This document shows, piece by piece, positions 22,871 through 35,498 of a stretch of 64,000 nt of DNA. A program made the translations under genes and the position numbers. The stretch comes from Podarcis filfolensis (taxonomy: Eukaryota). A model generated the notes under the pieces. It saw only the letters and a program-made list of their open reading frames with translations, had not been told where the DNA came from and did not search any database. Within the stretch, counting starts at the first letter, position 1, and every line of letters starts with the position of its first letter. The DNA lies in the NCBI GenBank assembly GCA_964270895.1, contig OZ185436.1. One strand, written 5' to 3'.

Positions 22871-25800
22871 GTGTTGGTCATTCTTCAAAACTCTTCCCAG
22901 CTATAGCAACTGTTCAGGGTGATCTGTTTCTTCTCATGGTCCATTCTCTATAGGGCATAAACTGAAAAACAATGAATCCCAATGAAAAAGCAAATATGTT
23001 GGGTTCTTTGGTGATAAACTGAAATGCCAGCACTGATTTTTGCAGGAGTTTGTAACAATGCCTCCTAGATTTTATGTTCCTACGTGTGATCTGTGACAAA
23101 CACTCTAGCTCTTCACTTCATGGAAATAACAGGCACCTGTTAAGATACTGTACAGAAGCACTGACTGCACCATTCTCAGTAAGCTCTGTTCATTTCTAAA
23201 TCATGGTAAAAGGAAATCTAATAAAAGCATTTCACAAACAGAAGACTGATGCATATAAAGCAGAAGATCTGAACAGGAGTGCAGAGGAGAGGTCAGACAC
23301 TTCAATTAGAAGTTGATCAGCCCTGTCTAGAAGATGCAAAGCAATAAATGGATATGTGCTTCTCAAATGCCAGGGGTACAAGCTGATAGAGATTGCCTGG
23401 CTTATGTGAGAGGTTCAGCTAAGTGACTGCCACAGTTTTTGTGCACCAGGCGGTCAGTCTAATGGTGTGCCATAAAGCAGAATCTTTTTTTGAACTAGTA
23501 TTTAGGAAGGAAAAGATGAGTAATATAATTCAGTGTTGAAATGCATGCTTTCAAAGCTATTCCTTTTGAAGGGGAATCATATACTTAAAATCTGGCACAC
23601 TGTACAATTGTCAGAAGTCATGCATATAGGACACAGTTCCAGCAATGTTAACCATATGAAGTACCGATGTGTGGGAATGTTGATTTTAAAGGCTCTCTGC
23701 AAATGTTTGCACTCGCTCCACAATTGGAGGTGTTGCTGCCTAACCAACCCCTTCCGTTTGTGCCTTAGATCGTGGTGGTGATGGTTAGCTTGTCTTTAGG
23801 ATCTGGTATTTAGCCTTATACTTTGTTGAAATAGAGGGGTTCCATTTCTCTCTCAATATTAATGGTTGATCATTTAGCATGAACTTGTGGGGGGGTTGTT
23901 GTTTTTTTGTAAGCTATCAAAGCTAGAGCCATCCTGTGGTAATACATTACATGAGTTTATTAAGCAGCATACGAAGAGCTTTCTTTTATCAACCTGGAGC
24001 TCCTTGCCAATTAATTTCATTGAGAGAGCTAAAATGTGTAGTCTTAAGAGAAAGCCCATTCAGTCTATCCACTTCCCATCACTATTGATGATTGTTTTCT
24101 TCCTTTTAGTTGTCTTTTTCTAAACTGAAAGTACCAACCTCTTTGGCTCTTCTTCATAAGGGTGGTGTCCTCACCGGTGGTAAGTCTAGTCATGGTTTTT
24201 TGCATTTTTCCAGTTACAGTTTGTATGCTAGAAGATCATACAAATACATGATCCAGCAAAGGAGAGACAGATACAGACACAAAACCAATATGTAAGTTTG
24301 GAATACTGTGGACCCTGAGAAACAGGATTGCCAAGAGAGGTTCTTGTAGTTAATGTAGAATGAAGCATTACATCTGGTGCTTATTATTATTTATTTCTTT
24401 GAATTACCACTTGCTTACTGCAGAGTAGACTCTAGTTATAATGCATGAATGAGCCCAAGGCTATTGATAAAAAGTCTGATCAGGCAAAAGCTTTTCATGT
24501 GTCCTCCCTCACCCAAATGGAACTGCTTAACTGTAAGGGTGATCAAGGGATAGCACTATGTTTTTTTTATGTACTAGACACAATAAGCATATTTTTTAAT
24601 GCTGCAAGCACAATCCATAAAACAGAACTGTGACAGCAGTCAGGCGCTGGAAAAATTTAGCAGATGCATGGCATTTGTTGAACGTAATTACAATAGAGAT
24701 AGCAGAAAGCCAAAGATGGCTACAGAATCTTCTAGTGCTTGTAAATAGTCATTCTGTAGGAATCTGTGAAAGTGTTTTGATCTGTCAACTTTGCTTAATA
24801 TTTAGATGAGTCTTTAGCTCATTGACTGTTCCCTTCCTCAACTGATAATTTCCAGGCAGAGTTTAGGAAGATCACACATTTGTCTTCTTAATCCTGAAAA
24901 GGACTATTTTTAGTTTCTCCGCTGCAAACCAGAAGAATTACAGGAAGACCGACCAGCCTGAAGGTGGAATACTGGTCATGTTAGCCCCATTAGGGGCATA
25001 GATCTGAGTCTCGCACATGTAGCTCAGGGCTCAGACAACTGCCAGACAGGTGGCAGCTGTGAAGGACACACGGCCGCAAGCTGTGGCATACTAGGAAGTG
25101 CCAAATATCCACCCAACCACACTTTTTATTTAATGGTAAAAACTTACTGTGAGTATGATGAGATGGGCAGTAAGTACATCCACTTTGGCTCCACAGTCCC
25201 CAAAGGTAGTACCTAGGAGAACTGTGGAGCATATAGCAGGTAGACCTCTTGCTATTTGAGTGTCTTCCTTCGTCCCACATCCCTAAAGTTGCCATTTTAG
25301 GAGCTGCGCTCACTTCCTCTCATTTTCAGAAAATATTTAAAATAGTGATGGGCTTCTGCATACTTGCTGCTGGCAGGCACCTTCCCTTGCTGCTCACCTG
25401 CTCCAGCTAGCAGACCAGCCACCCACTACCCACAGTAGTGATGGGAGTGGTGAGATGGCAGGTGGTGGCACTGGCATTTGGGTGAAGATCAACCCCACAA
25501 CCCTCCTCAAAAGGTAAGAAAGGAAAGAGAAATGGGATGATGATGGCCATTAGAAGATGGGCAGTAACAACCAGGAAAAGAACAGCTGTAGCAGCATCCA
25601 CTAAAAGTAAAAGTTATTGGGGGGGGGTCTACCAGAAGTGCCAAAGTTGTAGTGCCCCCCCCCAGGTATTTAATCAAGGGCCTCCTAAAACCTGGCACTG
25701 CCTCTGAGACCAAATAATGCAACTTTCATTTTTGTTCAGTTTGCTTTCCAGGCACATAGTAAGTTTCATGTCTGGCCTCTGTGACCCAGGAAGTTGTTGC

Positions 25801-26106
25801 TCCAATCTTGCTACAGAATGAAAGAAGGGAAGGCACCAGCACAGAACAAAGACCTCAAAAGGTACAGTGCAAACAATGGAAAGGCCCAACATGTCCACAG
25901 GGCAACTGAGCGTGTTAGAACAATTCTGTGGACGCTGGGTTAAGAGTCTTCTCAGATCACCTTTGAGGTCTGCTGTATTTCAAATCTTCATGTTCTTAGT
26001 TTGTTATCCCTCACTTCCAGCAGCATGAGCCTAGCAATATTATGCGTACAGAGTCAGGAATCTAGGAAGCTGCATTGCACCAGATATTTGCTTTTCTAGC
26101 CCAGTA

Positions 26107-26334
26107 CAGTAATACCTCCGCAACCGTTCACCTCGTCTAGCGTCCATTCCGGTGAACGTCCGCAGCAAACCCGGAAGTACTGGAACGGGTTACTTCCGGG
26201 TTTGCTGCTCGTGCATGCGCAGAAGCGCATACTGCTCCACACACATGTGCAGACGTGGCGCTTTGCCCTGCGTCCTTTTCGGCTAGCGGCCAGGGCTCCA
26301 GAAAGGATCCCGGCCACAAAACAAGGTACGACTG
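26107..26334. mobile_element. CpG-rich Tc1/mariner MITE
   Basis: CAGTAATACCT...AGGTACGACTG termini with TA on both sides; perfect internal 18-bp inverted repeat. Confidence 0.8.
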
Positions 26335-29250
26335 TACTGTCTACTCTTAACTAGTAGCAGTTTTCTGGGGGCTTAGATAGGAGTCATTCCCATCACTTGC
26401 TATCTGATTTTTAAATTTGTATTGTGAGGGCCTGTCTAAATAAGGCAGTTTTCAGAAGATGTCTAAAGGAAGTCAGGGAGTATTCCTGCTGAACCTCTAC
26501 TGGTAGGTATTTCCATAGAACAGGGCCTGCCATATCAAAGGCTCAGCCCCCAGTGAAGGCCAGCCATATGACAGGTGACCACTAGAAGTTTCCCATCAGC
26601 AGATATCAGGGCTTGTTCACACTTCTGCTTATCCCATGCATAGAAAGCATTGGTCCGAGAGGTTTTTCATTTGCCCCGTGCTTTCTAGGCATGGTTGAGC
26701 TCTAAGTGATAAAAGTGAAGCATAAGGAGTCAGGTGGAACTTTAAGGAGCTTTGGCCCTCAGACACTTAATACTGGTCATCTGCCCTGCAACATCAAACA
26801 GCCCCATGCTTCTCTTTGAACCATGAGAACCAGCTTGGGGACATTCAAAGAGCAGTATAGGGCTGTTTGCAAAAGGGCTTTCAAACAGCCCAGCGCTTTG
26901 AAGTCCAAGGGGTTTCAAAGCACAGCAGATCTGTCAGATTTGGTCCTCCAGGGCTGGGGAGATAAGGATCTAGAAAAAGTTTCCCCTCTGCTGAGAAAGT
27001 CCATTTATATAACACAGCCAACACTACCATCACATGTACTGTGGTGGGTAGTAGATTTTGGGTGGCATTGAATGGAGACAAGATGTCAATTACTGAATGT
27101 ACTGAAAATCTTTTGCAGTCTGAGAGGAGGACATTGCAAAGGAAAGGGTTCGTTTGCTCCTTCTACCCACCCTCCTTGGTTCCACGGAGCTGGGGCCACC
27201 CCTTTGAACAATGGGCCTGCCATGTGAAGTTGGAAGGAAACTGAGCTGGGAGCACATGAATGGGAGGGATGCCTAATGGCACACAATCTTCTCCCAGGCC
27301 AATTCCCTCTCCCTCTGTAATGCCATAATCTGCTGTGGGTGTTCCTGCTACAACTAAATGGACCATTGAAAGGCAAACAGACTGGAAAGAGGCACCCCTG
27401 GGGCCAGTTCTTACATCCTTGCTGTCTGCCTTTCAGTCACTCCGCATTTGAGAGTTTAGAGTTAGAGGTTTCACAATCAATCAGTGGTGGAAAAGACTGG
27501 CTGATAACACCACAACTGCCAGCCTTGCTGTGATTTTCCTAATAACGGTTTCTGGAGAGATGGAGAATTTTAGGTTGTACTTTTCCCCAAATGCAGGATT
27601 TATCTTACCTGCCCACTCAGTTCTCTGATGACACATCTCCTACCAGTGACGTGGTTCTGCTGTGCTTACCCATGAACATTATTTGGTAGATAACAGATTT
27701 GATGCAATAACTACAGCACACTGTTCAGGAAGTATAATACAAGACACCAAAGTATGTTTACTAACCAAGGTTTCAGCTGCAAAGCATGAAACTGAAAATA
27801 TAATCTCTCTCCACCTAAGCTCTGAGAGCCATGAGTGTGACAGAGAACCAAAGCAAAATCAAATTTAATACTTCAGCACGGGCTTCCTTGCCTACTTATT
27901 TTCACTCCGTGAATGCTTGGCAGTTAGGGTTTTTACATGAATTCACAGGAGTTACTCCCATTAATGGACCCAGCAAATAAATACAGTGTATAGGTTCCAA
28001 CAATCATCTTTCAGGCACACACACAAAAAAACCACCCCCAAACCTACTAGTAAGCATTTGAAAGAACCTAGATATATATATATGTACACGCTACATTCTT
28101 ACTAAAGGTATTAGTCCTAACCCTATTTACCTAGCAATAAGGTCCACTGAATTCAATAGGACTTACTTCTGAGCAAATTGGTCAGGATTACAGCATTACA
28201 GGCAAGCATCTTCAACAAAATTTTTTAAAAAAGTGTTTTTCTAGTACGGCTCCAGGAAAAAAATGTGATCCTGTAGCTAACTTTAGTATTCTGTTATTTT
28301 TGTTCAGTTTTATATATTTTAAAACCGAAACACCAATGCAGGTAAGTGATTTAAGTTTTGTAATGCAGCTACATCTAGGGGTGGAACAGGGCAGTGCACT
28401 GACAGCTGGATTTTTTTATAATTTATTTTGTCTGGATACCAAGATGAGTTTCTGGCTACTTTTGAGACTTCTTATGCAACTGGACAAAAATATGAAACCC
28501 TTTATGTTTATTCTTGGAGATCCATTAGTTTTAATAAAGTTATGTACCAGGGAGAGATCTGTAATGATAAAACTTTCAATCACGTCAGGAATGTTTTGCA
28601 GATATCCCTGTTGTAGTTGGAATGCAAGATTCTGCTCTCTCGCAACATATTTATGAAGAGTTTTAAACAAACAGAAGATTAAAGGGTAAATCAAGCAGAC
28701 TGCATTCTTAGTTTACTGAGGCTTGAATTCCATTCACAATTTGAAAGGGAATAGATTATGCAGGCAGATAACCCTCGGAACTGTTCAAGTTAGTTACCTC
28801 TAATGCTCATATATGATCTTCTTCAGCTATTTGGGGTTATATTTAGAAGCTATACTCCCAAAATAGGGATGGACATCATCAAAGCTTGATATCAAACTTA
28901 TTTGCAGATGTTTTCTAATTTATATCTCACTCCTTGATCTCAGAAATGTGGGTTTTTGTGTTTTTGCCAGTTCCACTAAAAATACAATCTTCACATATTG
29001 TATGTATTATTATAGGTATACTATTATAAACATAGCATACACGTGCACAGTCCAGGTTTCCAAAAGTAACCAGCGCATAAAAAGATAGTGTTATATGCAT
29101 TGTGGTATACATAAAAATACTTACACATTAATACTGTTGCATGCCACCCCCCACTCTCCCGAGTGGTGCAAAATTGCTGGGGTTCCAGCACTTTTCCAGG
29201 GTTTGCGTTTCCTTTGGAACGAGGTACAACAGAGAATGTGGTATCTTTGT

Positions 29251-29376
29251 AGACAGCTCAGTTAGCAAAGCACAGAACTCTTAATGTCTGGGTCATGATT
29301 CCTGCATTGCAGGTTGTTGGACTAGAAATAGGTGACCCTCAAGGTCCCTTCCAACTATGCAGTTCTATCATTCTAT
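29251..29376 (+). mobile_element. Same SINE family, internally deleted and decayed
   Basis: CAGCTCAGTTAG head; GGACTAGA...GGTCCCTTCCAACT...TTCTATCATTCTAT tail. Confidence 0.65.
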
Positions 29377-31755
29377 TTACACATATATACCATCTGAGCC
29401 TACAAGTGAGGGGATCACAGCAACAACACCCCAATAGGGTCTCGCTTCTCCCATAGCTGCAGCCTTGAATTCAAACAGAAATCAAGCATCACTTTGTCAC
29501 TCTGCCTTCCCAGCCAGCTGCTTCTAGCTCACATCACTCAACTCTCAACTCTGGCCTTTGTCTTTCTATCTACCAGTGAGCTAAGGAGCCTGAGAATCAA
29601 CATGGCTTCTTAAAATGTAAGTTCTCTCTCACTAACCTTTTTGAGTTCTTGAGTGTGTCAATAGGTATGTCAATAGGCATAATCTGGTAGACCTGGGAAG
29701 CATTGCATTTGAAGAGATAAGAAGGACAGTACCTAATAAATCTGTATCTGTTTATTGCTGTGCAGATAAACATGAAATTCCTGTGAAGATTGGAGAGACA
29801 TCAGTCTAAATATAACTGTAAATGTGTACCAAGTGTTCAGGTAAGCATCTTTTTAGTCTCTCTCAGTATGGTCAGACAGTGTGTCCATCCACTGCAATCA
29901 GTGGTTAAGAGTGTAGATTTCTAGCCCTTAATTTTTGTCAGCTTGTAGTCAGTTCAGCCTATCAAAGCCGGAGGTGAGAGCTACCACATCCCCAGAATCT
30001 ACCCTCTTTGGCAGAAATGTTAAGACTCTGAATTCTAAGTTAATTTTAGCCCTCAGCCCAGAATTGAGAAACCATCAAGCAGTTGCACACCAAATGATTA
30101 TCTGAATAGACACATCCTCACCATGTCCTTTGCATGTTGTCTCATCAACACCCAGTGGGTCTGGAAAACTAATTGCTGTTGTATAGCCTCACAGTGTCTG
30201 GAACATATTTTGGCTTTAAGAGTTGATTTCCACTGAACTTGTAAATATAGGTTGATCTAGTTCTTTATTCCTCAACACAATGTCAGCCCAACAGGACTAT
30301 ACAGTACAGGAAATCTGCTGGCTTTAGGAGTGACTCAACAAATTCCATCAAAAATGTGCAAAGCTGTTTCATGTGTGCTGAGGGATGCAGGTCCACAAAT
30401 CTTGCGAACTGGGTGATTTAATCTGCCAGTAGATGTGTAGCAGAATATATGCAGATTAAAGATCCTCAACAGTTAGGAACTAATATAATTGATTCACTCT
30501 AATTGATCCACTTTCTCAGCTCATTTGAATTAATGGAACTCTTGATTCAAAGCTCCCGCACTAGTTGCGTTGGGGTGGTGGGAGTCCTCAGGAGAGTAGA
30601 GACCAAAAGTCAGTAGCTATTCAAGTTCTAAATCTTTAGAACTTGATGATTACTTTCAAAGCCTTAAACAGAACTGTCTTCACCTATATGTTCAGCTCTA
30701 TACTGGAGGACCCAATGAGATGCCCAGCAGGAAAATCTATTTGGATGCTTGGTCCATGAAAAGGACCAAGCCATCTTTGTGATGGCTCTTTCCTGATGGA
30801 ATTCTATCCTGGCAGTTAGGCAAACACTCTCTATGATTTTCTTTAAATAAGCTTTGAAAATATCCTTTCATAATGGTTCCTGAAGTTCAAATTGGTATTG
30901 CAGGCAATGGGAGCCATTCTCCAAGGCCAATTTTATTGTTTAAATGTAATGAGGTTAATATTGTTGCATTAACTCTTTTAATTACTTAATTTTATGGACT
31001 GCATCCCACTTTGTCTCTCCATCCAGCTCTACTATTTCCCATTGGATGCAACCCCTCTTTCTATTTGCTGGTGTGATCTCTGCTGCTAGGAGCTAGTGCA
31101 AAGCCTTAAACTGAGGGAGGGAGTTGGGGCAATATGACTGCTGCCCAATTGTCCTGCCCCACACCTTCTGCTGTGGTTGCCATAAGCAGCAGGGCTGAAG
31201 GTGTGGCTCTGCAAAGCCCTGTTAGGAAGTTGTAATTTGAGAATGGGTGCTTCTCATTCTCAAAATTGCAGTGGGGTGAAGGTCTTCTAAATATGAATGC
31301 ATGCACCAAGAAAATAAAATCCATGGAAGTGGGAGATTTTCAGGGTGCTGAATTCTGTGCCTCCGAAGAACACACAACCTTGATTGTACAGCCTTTCCTC
31401 TTGCATTTCATATCCATTCACTCAGACACATTAATTAATGCATAAAACACAGCTTTCAGCAAAATGCAGGGAGATAAGCTCTCTAGAGATGCACGAAACA
31501 GAAGAAATAAGATTAGATTCCAGCCATTTGCTGAACAGGAAATGTGTTCATATCCAATTACTACTAAACGGCTGGATCTTTTACTTCAACCTTGATTATA
31601 TAACCTTCCTGTGTCAATAACTCCACATAACTGCCAATCTTATTTATGCAAATATCCAGAATGCTCGCATAATTTGGTATCTCGAGGTTACTGAGACAAA
31701 AGATGATGCACTGCTCTATAATTTCCATCTTCAGGGTTTACGATATTCTGAGTTT

Positions 31756-31761
31756 TTTATT
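31756..31761 (-). terminator. FBXO38: Candidate FBXO38 polyadenylation signal (AATAAA)
   Basis: TTTATT on + about 800 nt past the stop, with U-rich TCTTTTGTCT downstream on the - strand. Confidence 0.55.
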
Positions 31762-32552
31762 CACAGAATAGCATATCAACAATGGGATTGGAAGGTGAGT
31801 TCCCTCTCTTTTCTTGCCATTCTATACAATAAAAACCTAGCCAATATTTTTTTATCAAGTGTATTTGCATCTTTTTAGAAAGGCAGTGTATCCTAGAGGA
31901 GGAAACTGCAACAGAAACCATTTTTTAATGCATTGCTTTATCTTGCACTCTGGCCCACAAACTTTCTGAAATAAGATAAAGTTCTCAGTTTGTGTGTCTG
32001 TGCTTATACTGACTGTTTTCTATAGGCCCACTTAGCGCCTCTGATTTAGTTCCCAGTGAAAAATGCATGCGACTCAAAGACTGTTCAACAGATTTACTCA
32101 GAATGGATTCTTAAGGATACTCAAGAGGAAAAAAAGGCACAGATTAAAAGAATCCTGTGACTCCCAAACGTAGCATATGGAAAGTTGCCCATGGCAAACA
32201 AAAATACTGCTATGAATAAAATGAGCTAAAAAAAATTCAAACTTTTCTCCCTTGCCATAATTAGTTGCCTTCATTAAAATGGAACTTTAAATTACATTTC
32301 TTAATATAAACATATGAAATAAAGTCAACTTCAGGATTTTTTTTTTCTACGTAGAGTCCTCAGTGTACAATGCAACTTCTCATTATACATTTGCTACAAA
32401 CTCTGTCCCAGTAGGCATTGGGGCAATTGTGAAGCACACAAGTTCCAAGACCTCTCAGTGCACTAAGGTAAGTGGAAGGAATCCACTTGCTTTCTTTGCC
32501 GGCGACGCCAGTCAAAAGGAAGGAAGGGCTAGAAGGCTGCAGCCTGATCCCG

Positions 32553-32783
<231 letters not shown>

Positions 32784-33851
32784 TTATACTCGCTTTTAAA
32801 AAGCAAGGAGTATTTTCTCAGGCATAAGCATCAAACATTCAAACTGAAGTGTAAGCAATACAAAGAAATGGAAAAAAATATATGGCTATTCCATTTAGCC
32901 TAATAGTGCACAGGGGTCACCATCCTTTTGGAGAAAACTGGAAAAAGCATTGTGGACACCAGAGCCTCTTCTGCTGGGTACAACAGAGTGCTTCTTTCAA
33001 GCCAAGTTTTGGTGGGGAAGGGGAGAGAGGGAACCTTGCTGCCATGAACACCATGCTGGTGACCCTGGTCCACAACATCGACTTTAACATAAACTTTCCC
33101 CTCATTTGAAGCAACTGCTGTCAACAGGGCATGTGTGACTGTCCTCTCTTTTCACCCAAGCACATCCTGCAACACTTTTTAACCTGCTTTCTCTCATGAC
33201 TGAGCTTCATTGCTTTAGTGTTGTTTGCCACAGAACTGGAGAACAATAGAACTAGAAAGCATCTCGAGGTCATCTAACCTCGTCAGTCCTCCTTGCATGT
33301 TTTCTGCCTAGCTGGAATGTGTCCTTGAGCTCTAATTGACTCTTGCTTGCATGGATGGAGGACAGGAAACGGTATGTATAAAACGAGTCTACTGTACAAT
33401 GATAAGATTTACATTAACTATTCCTTTGACTTTGGCCCCACCCACCACTGGTATGTGGCCCATGGAAGGTTGCCTAGAAATATGGCCCTCCATATGAAAA
33501 AGGTTCCCCACCCTTGCCATATATAACCTTACCTTACTCAGCAGTTAGGAAATATCCTTCTAAATAAAATTGTCTTCACCTGATGTTGACAACTTGCCTT
33601 TCATACCTTAGTGCATTCCAGAGTCTGCCCTGAGCCCTAGCAGAATGTAACTGCTGACTTGCTGGAATACAGAGCAAAGCTTCACTCCCAGATCGGAATG
33701 AATAAGGAGGAACTTAAGGCCTTCTCTCAGAAAGCCACTCATTTCAATGAAGCTTTACTGAATGTCAAAGGTGGGCACTGCTTTGGGTATGTTTTGAGCA
33801 GATGGGCAGCACAAATGTTCTACATCAGTAAAGATATTTGCATTCACTTAC

Positions 33852-33965
33852 TTTTTTCATCATCCTCAAAGTCATATCTGGCATAGCCATTAGGCTCAGC
33901 TGTTCTGAGTGACCTCAACCAGGGGAAATCCGTTATCATAGAGTACGGGGCACCATCCACAACAC
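33852..33965 (-). CDS. FBXO38: FBXO38 exon 21: [38 protein letters not shown]
   Basis: 114 nt, TAG/GTAAGT sites, phase 1-1, matches the orthologue. Confidence 0.97.
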
Positions 33966-34451
33966 CTATGGCAAAGGCAATTGGAAAGAGAATAAGGAAA
34001 TTTTCATGCTGCTTCGTCAGCTGTAATCCCCTCTGTTCAACCTACAACTGCCTTTGAGGCCAGTCTATGGAAAAATGTGTGTGCATGTATTTGTTCAGTG
34101 GTAAGATGTGTGCATTGAGGTGGATAGACTGAGTGCACCCACTGGGTCTGCCACCTCTGTACACACCTGACCATCACACATGAGATGATGTAGAAATTGA
34201 GGGGTATAACCTGCTCAAAAGGAATAGATTAAACAGGGAGGAGGAGGAGCATTATATGTAAAGGATGTGTCCACTTGTGAAGAAATCCATTGGAGCATGG
34301 AAGGCAGATTGAGAGCATATGGGGTAAAAATGGTAGGAGAAAGAACAGTGACCTTACTGCTACAGACACCCAAGGACTTGGATGGTGCCTTCCTAGAGCA
34401 GATTACCAAACATTCAAAAAGGAGACATACAATAGCCAAAATGGAAAATAA

Positions 34452-34812
34452 AGGTAAAGGTAAAGGTACCCCTGCCCGTACGGGCCAGTCTTGCCAGACT
34501 CTAGGGTTGTGCGCTCATCTCACTCTATAGGCCGGGAGCCAGCACTGTCCAAAGACACTTCCGGGTCACGTGGCCAGCATGACAAGCTGCATCTGGCGAG
34601 CCAGCGCAGCACACGGAACGCCGTTTACCTTCCCGCTGGCAAGCGGTCCCTATTTATCTACTTGCACCCGGAGGTGCTTTCGAACTGCTAGGTTGACAGG
34701 CGCTGGGACCGAACGACGGGAGCGCACCCCGCCGCGGGGATTCGAACTGCCGACCATGCGATCGGCAAGTCCTAGGCGCTGAGGTTTTACCCACAGCGCC
34801 ACCCGCGTCCCT
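34452..34812 (-). mobile_element. Young full-length Sauria SINE (Podarcis-type) in FBXO38 intron 20
   Basis: tRNA-derived head GGGACGCGGGTGGCGCTGTGGG with B-box-like AGTTCGAATCC; (ACCTTT)n tail; CpG-rich; 14-bp TSD AAAATGGAAAATAA (34438-34451, 34813-34826). Confidence 0.95.
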
Positions 34813-35394
34813 AAAATGGAAAATAAGCAGTAGCAATTATAAGCTTTAAAACAATTGCTTATCTGGTGTATTTTTTACTTGTTCATGCAACAAATACAAT
34901 GCTATCCTACTTTATGGGGTTTTCATGCTAAAGAGTGCACAGAAATTTTGCTGTTCTGCCAATTTAGGTACTTGATTCACAGCACTGACTGAGCTGATTT
35001 TGCATCCTACTTGAGTGTAATGCAGGTTTGGATAAAGTTACTCAATCCATCTTATGTATGAGTCTGAGTGACAGGTGCATTGTTACATATCTTTAGGTGC
35101 CAGGCAAAAGCATTCCTCTTCTTCAAGGCCTTTGGCTAATTTAACAATCTATGGCCTTTTAAGCTGCATCGGGGGATGTCATAGTTTTTGTTCGTTATGA
35201 TGTAATGTATTTTGTGTTTTTATATTGTAAACTGCCCTGTGATCCTTGCATGAAGGGTGGAATAGAAATTTTAAAATAATAAATAAATATAGTCATGGCA
35301 TGGAAGACTTCAACTACCCTGATATCTGTTGGAACTCAAACAAGTATTTTCTTGAGAAACAGAATATACCGGTAAATGTCTCCATAATGCTCAC

Positions 35395-35498
35395 CTTCTA
35401 ACGTGTACATGTCTCTCCCCCAGGGGTACTTTGTATATTTTTTCAGGTCATCTTCTGTTCGCGTAGCTTCAGGGAAGAACTCATATTTAATAAGTTCT
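35395..35498 (-). CDS. FBXO38: FBXO38 exon 20: [34 protein letters not shown]
   Basis: 104 nt, TAG/GTGAGC, phase 2-1. Confidence 0.97.
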
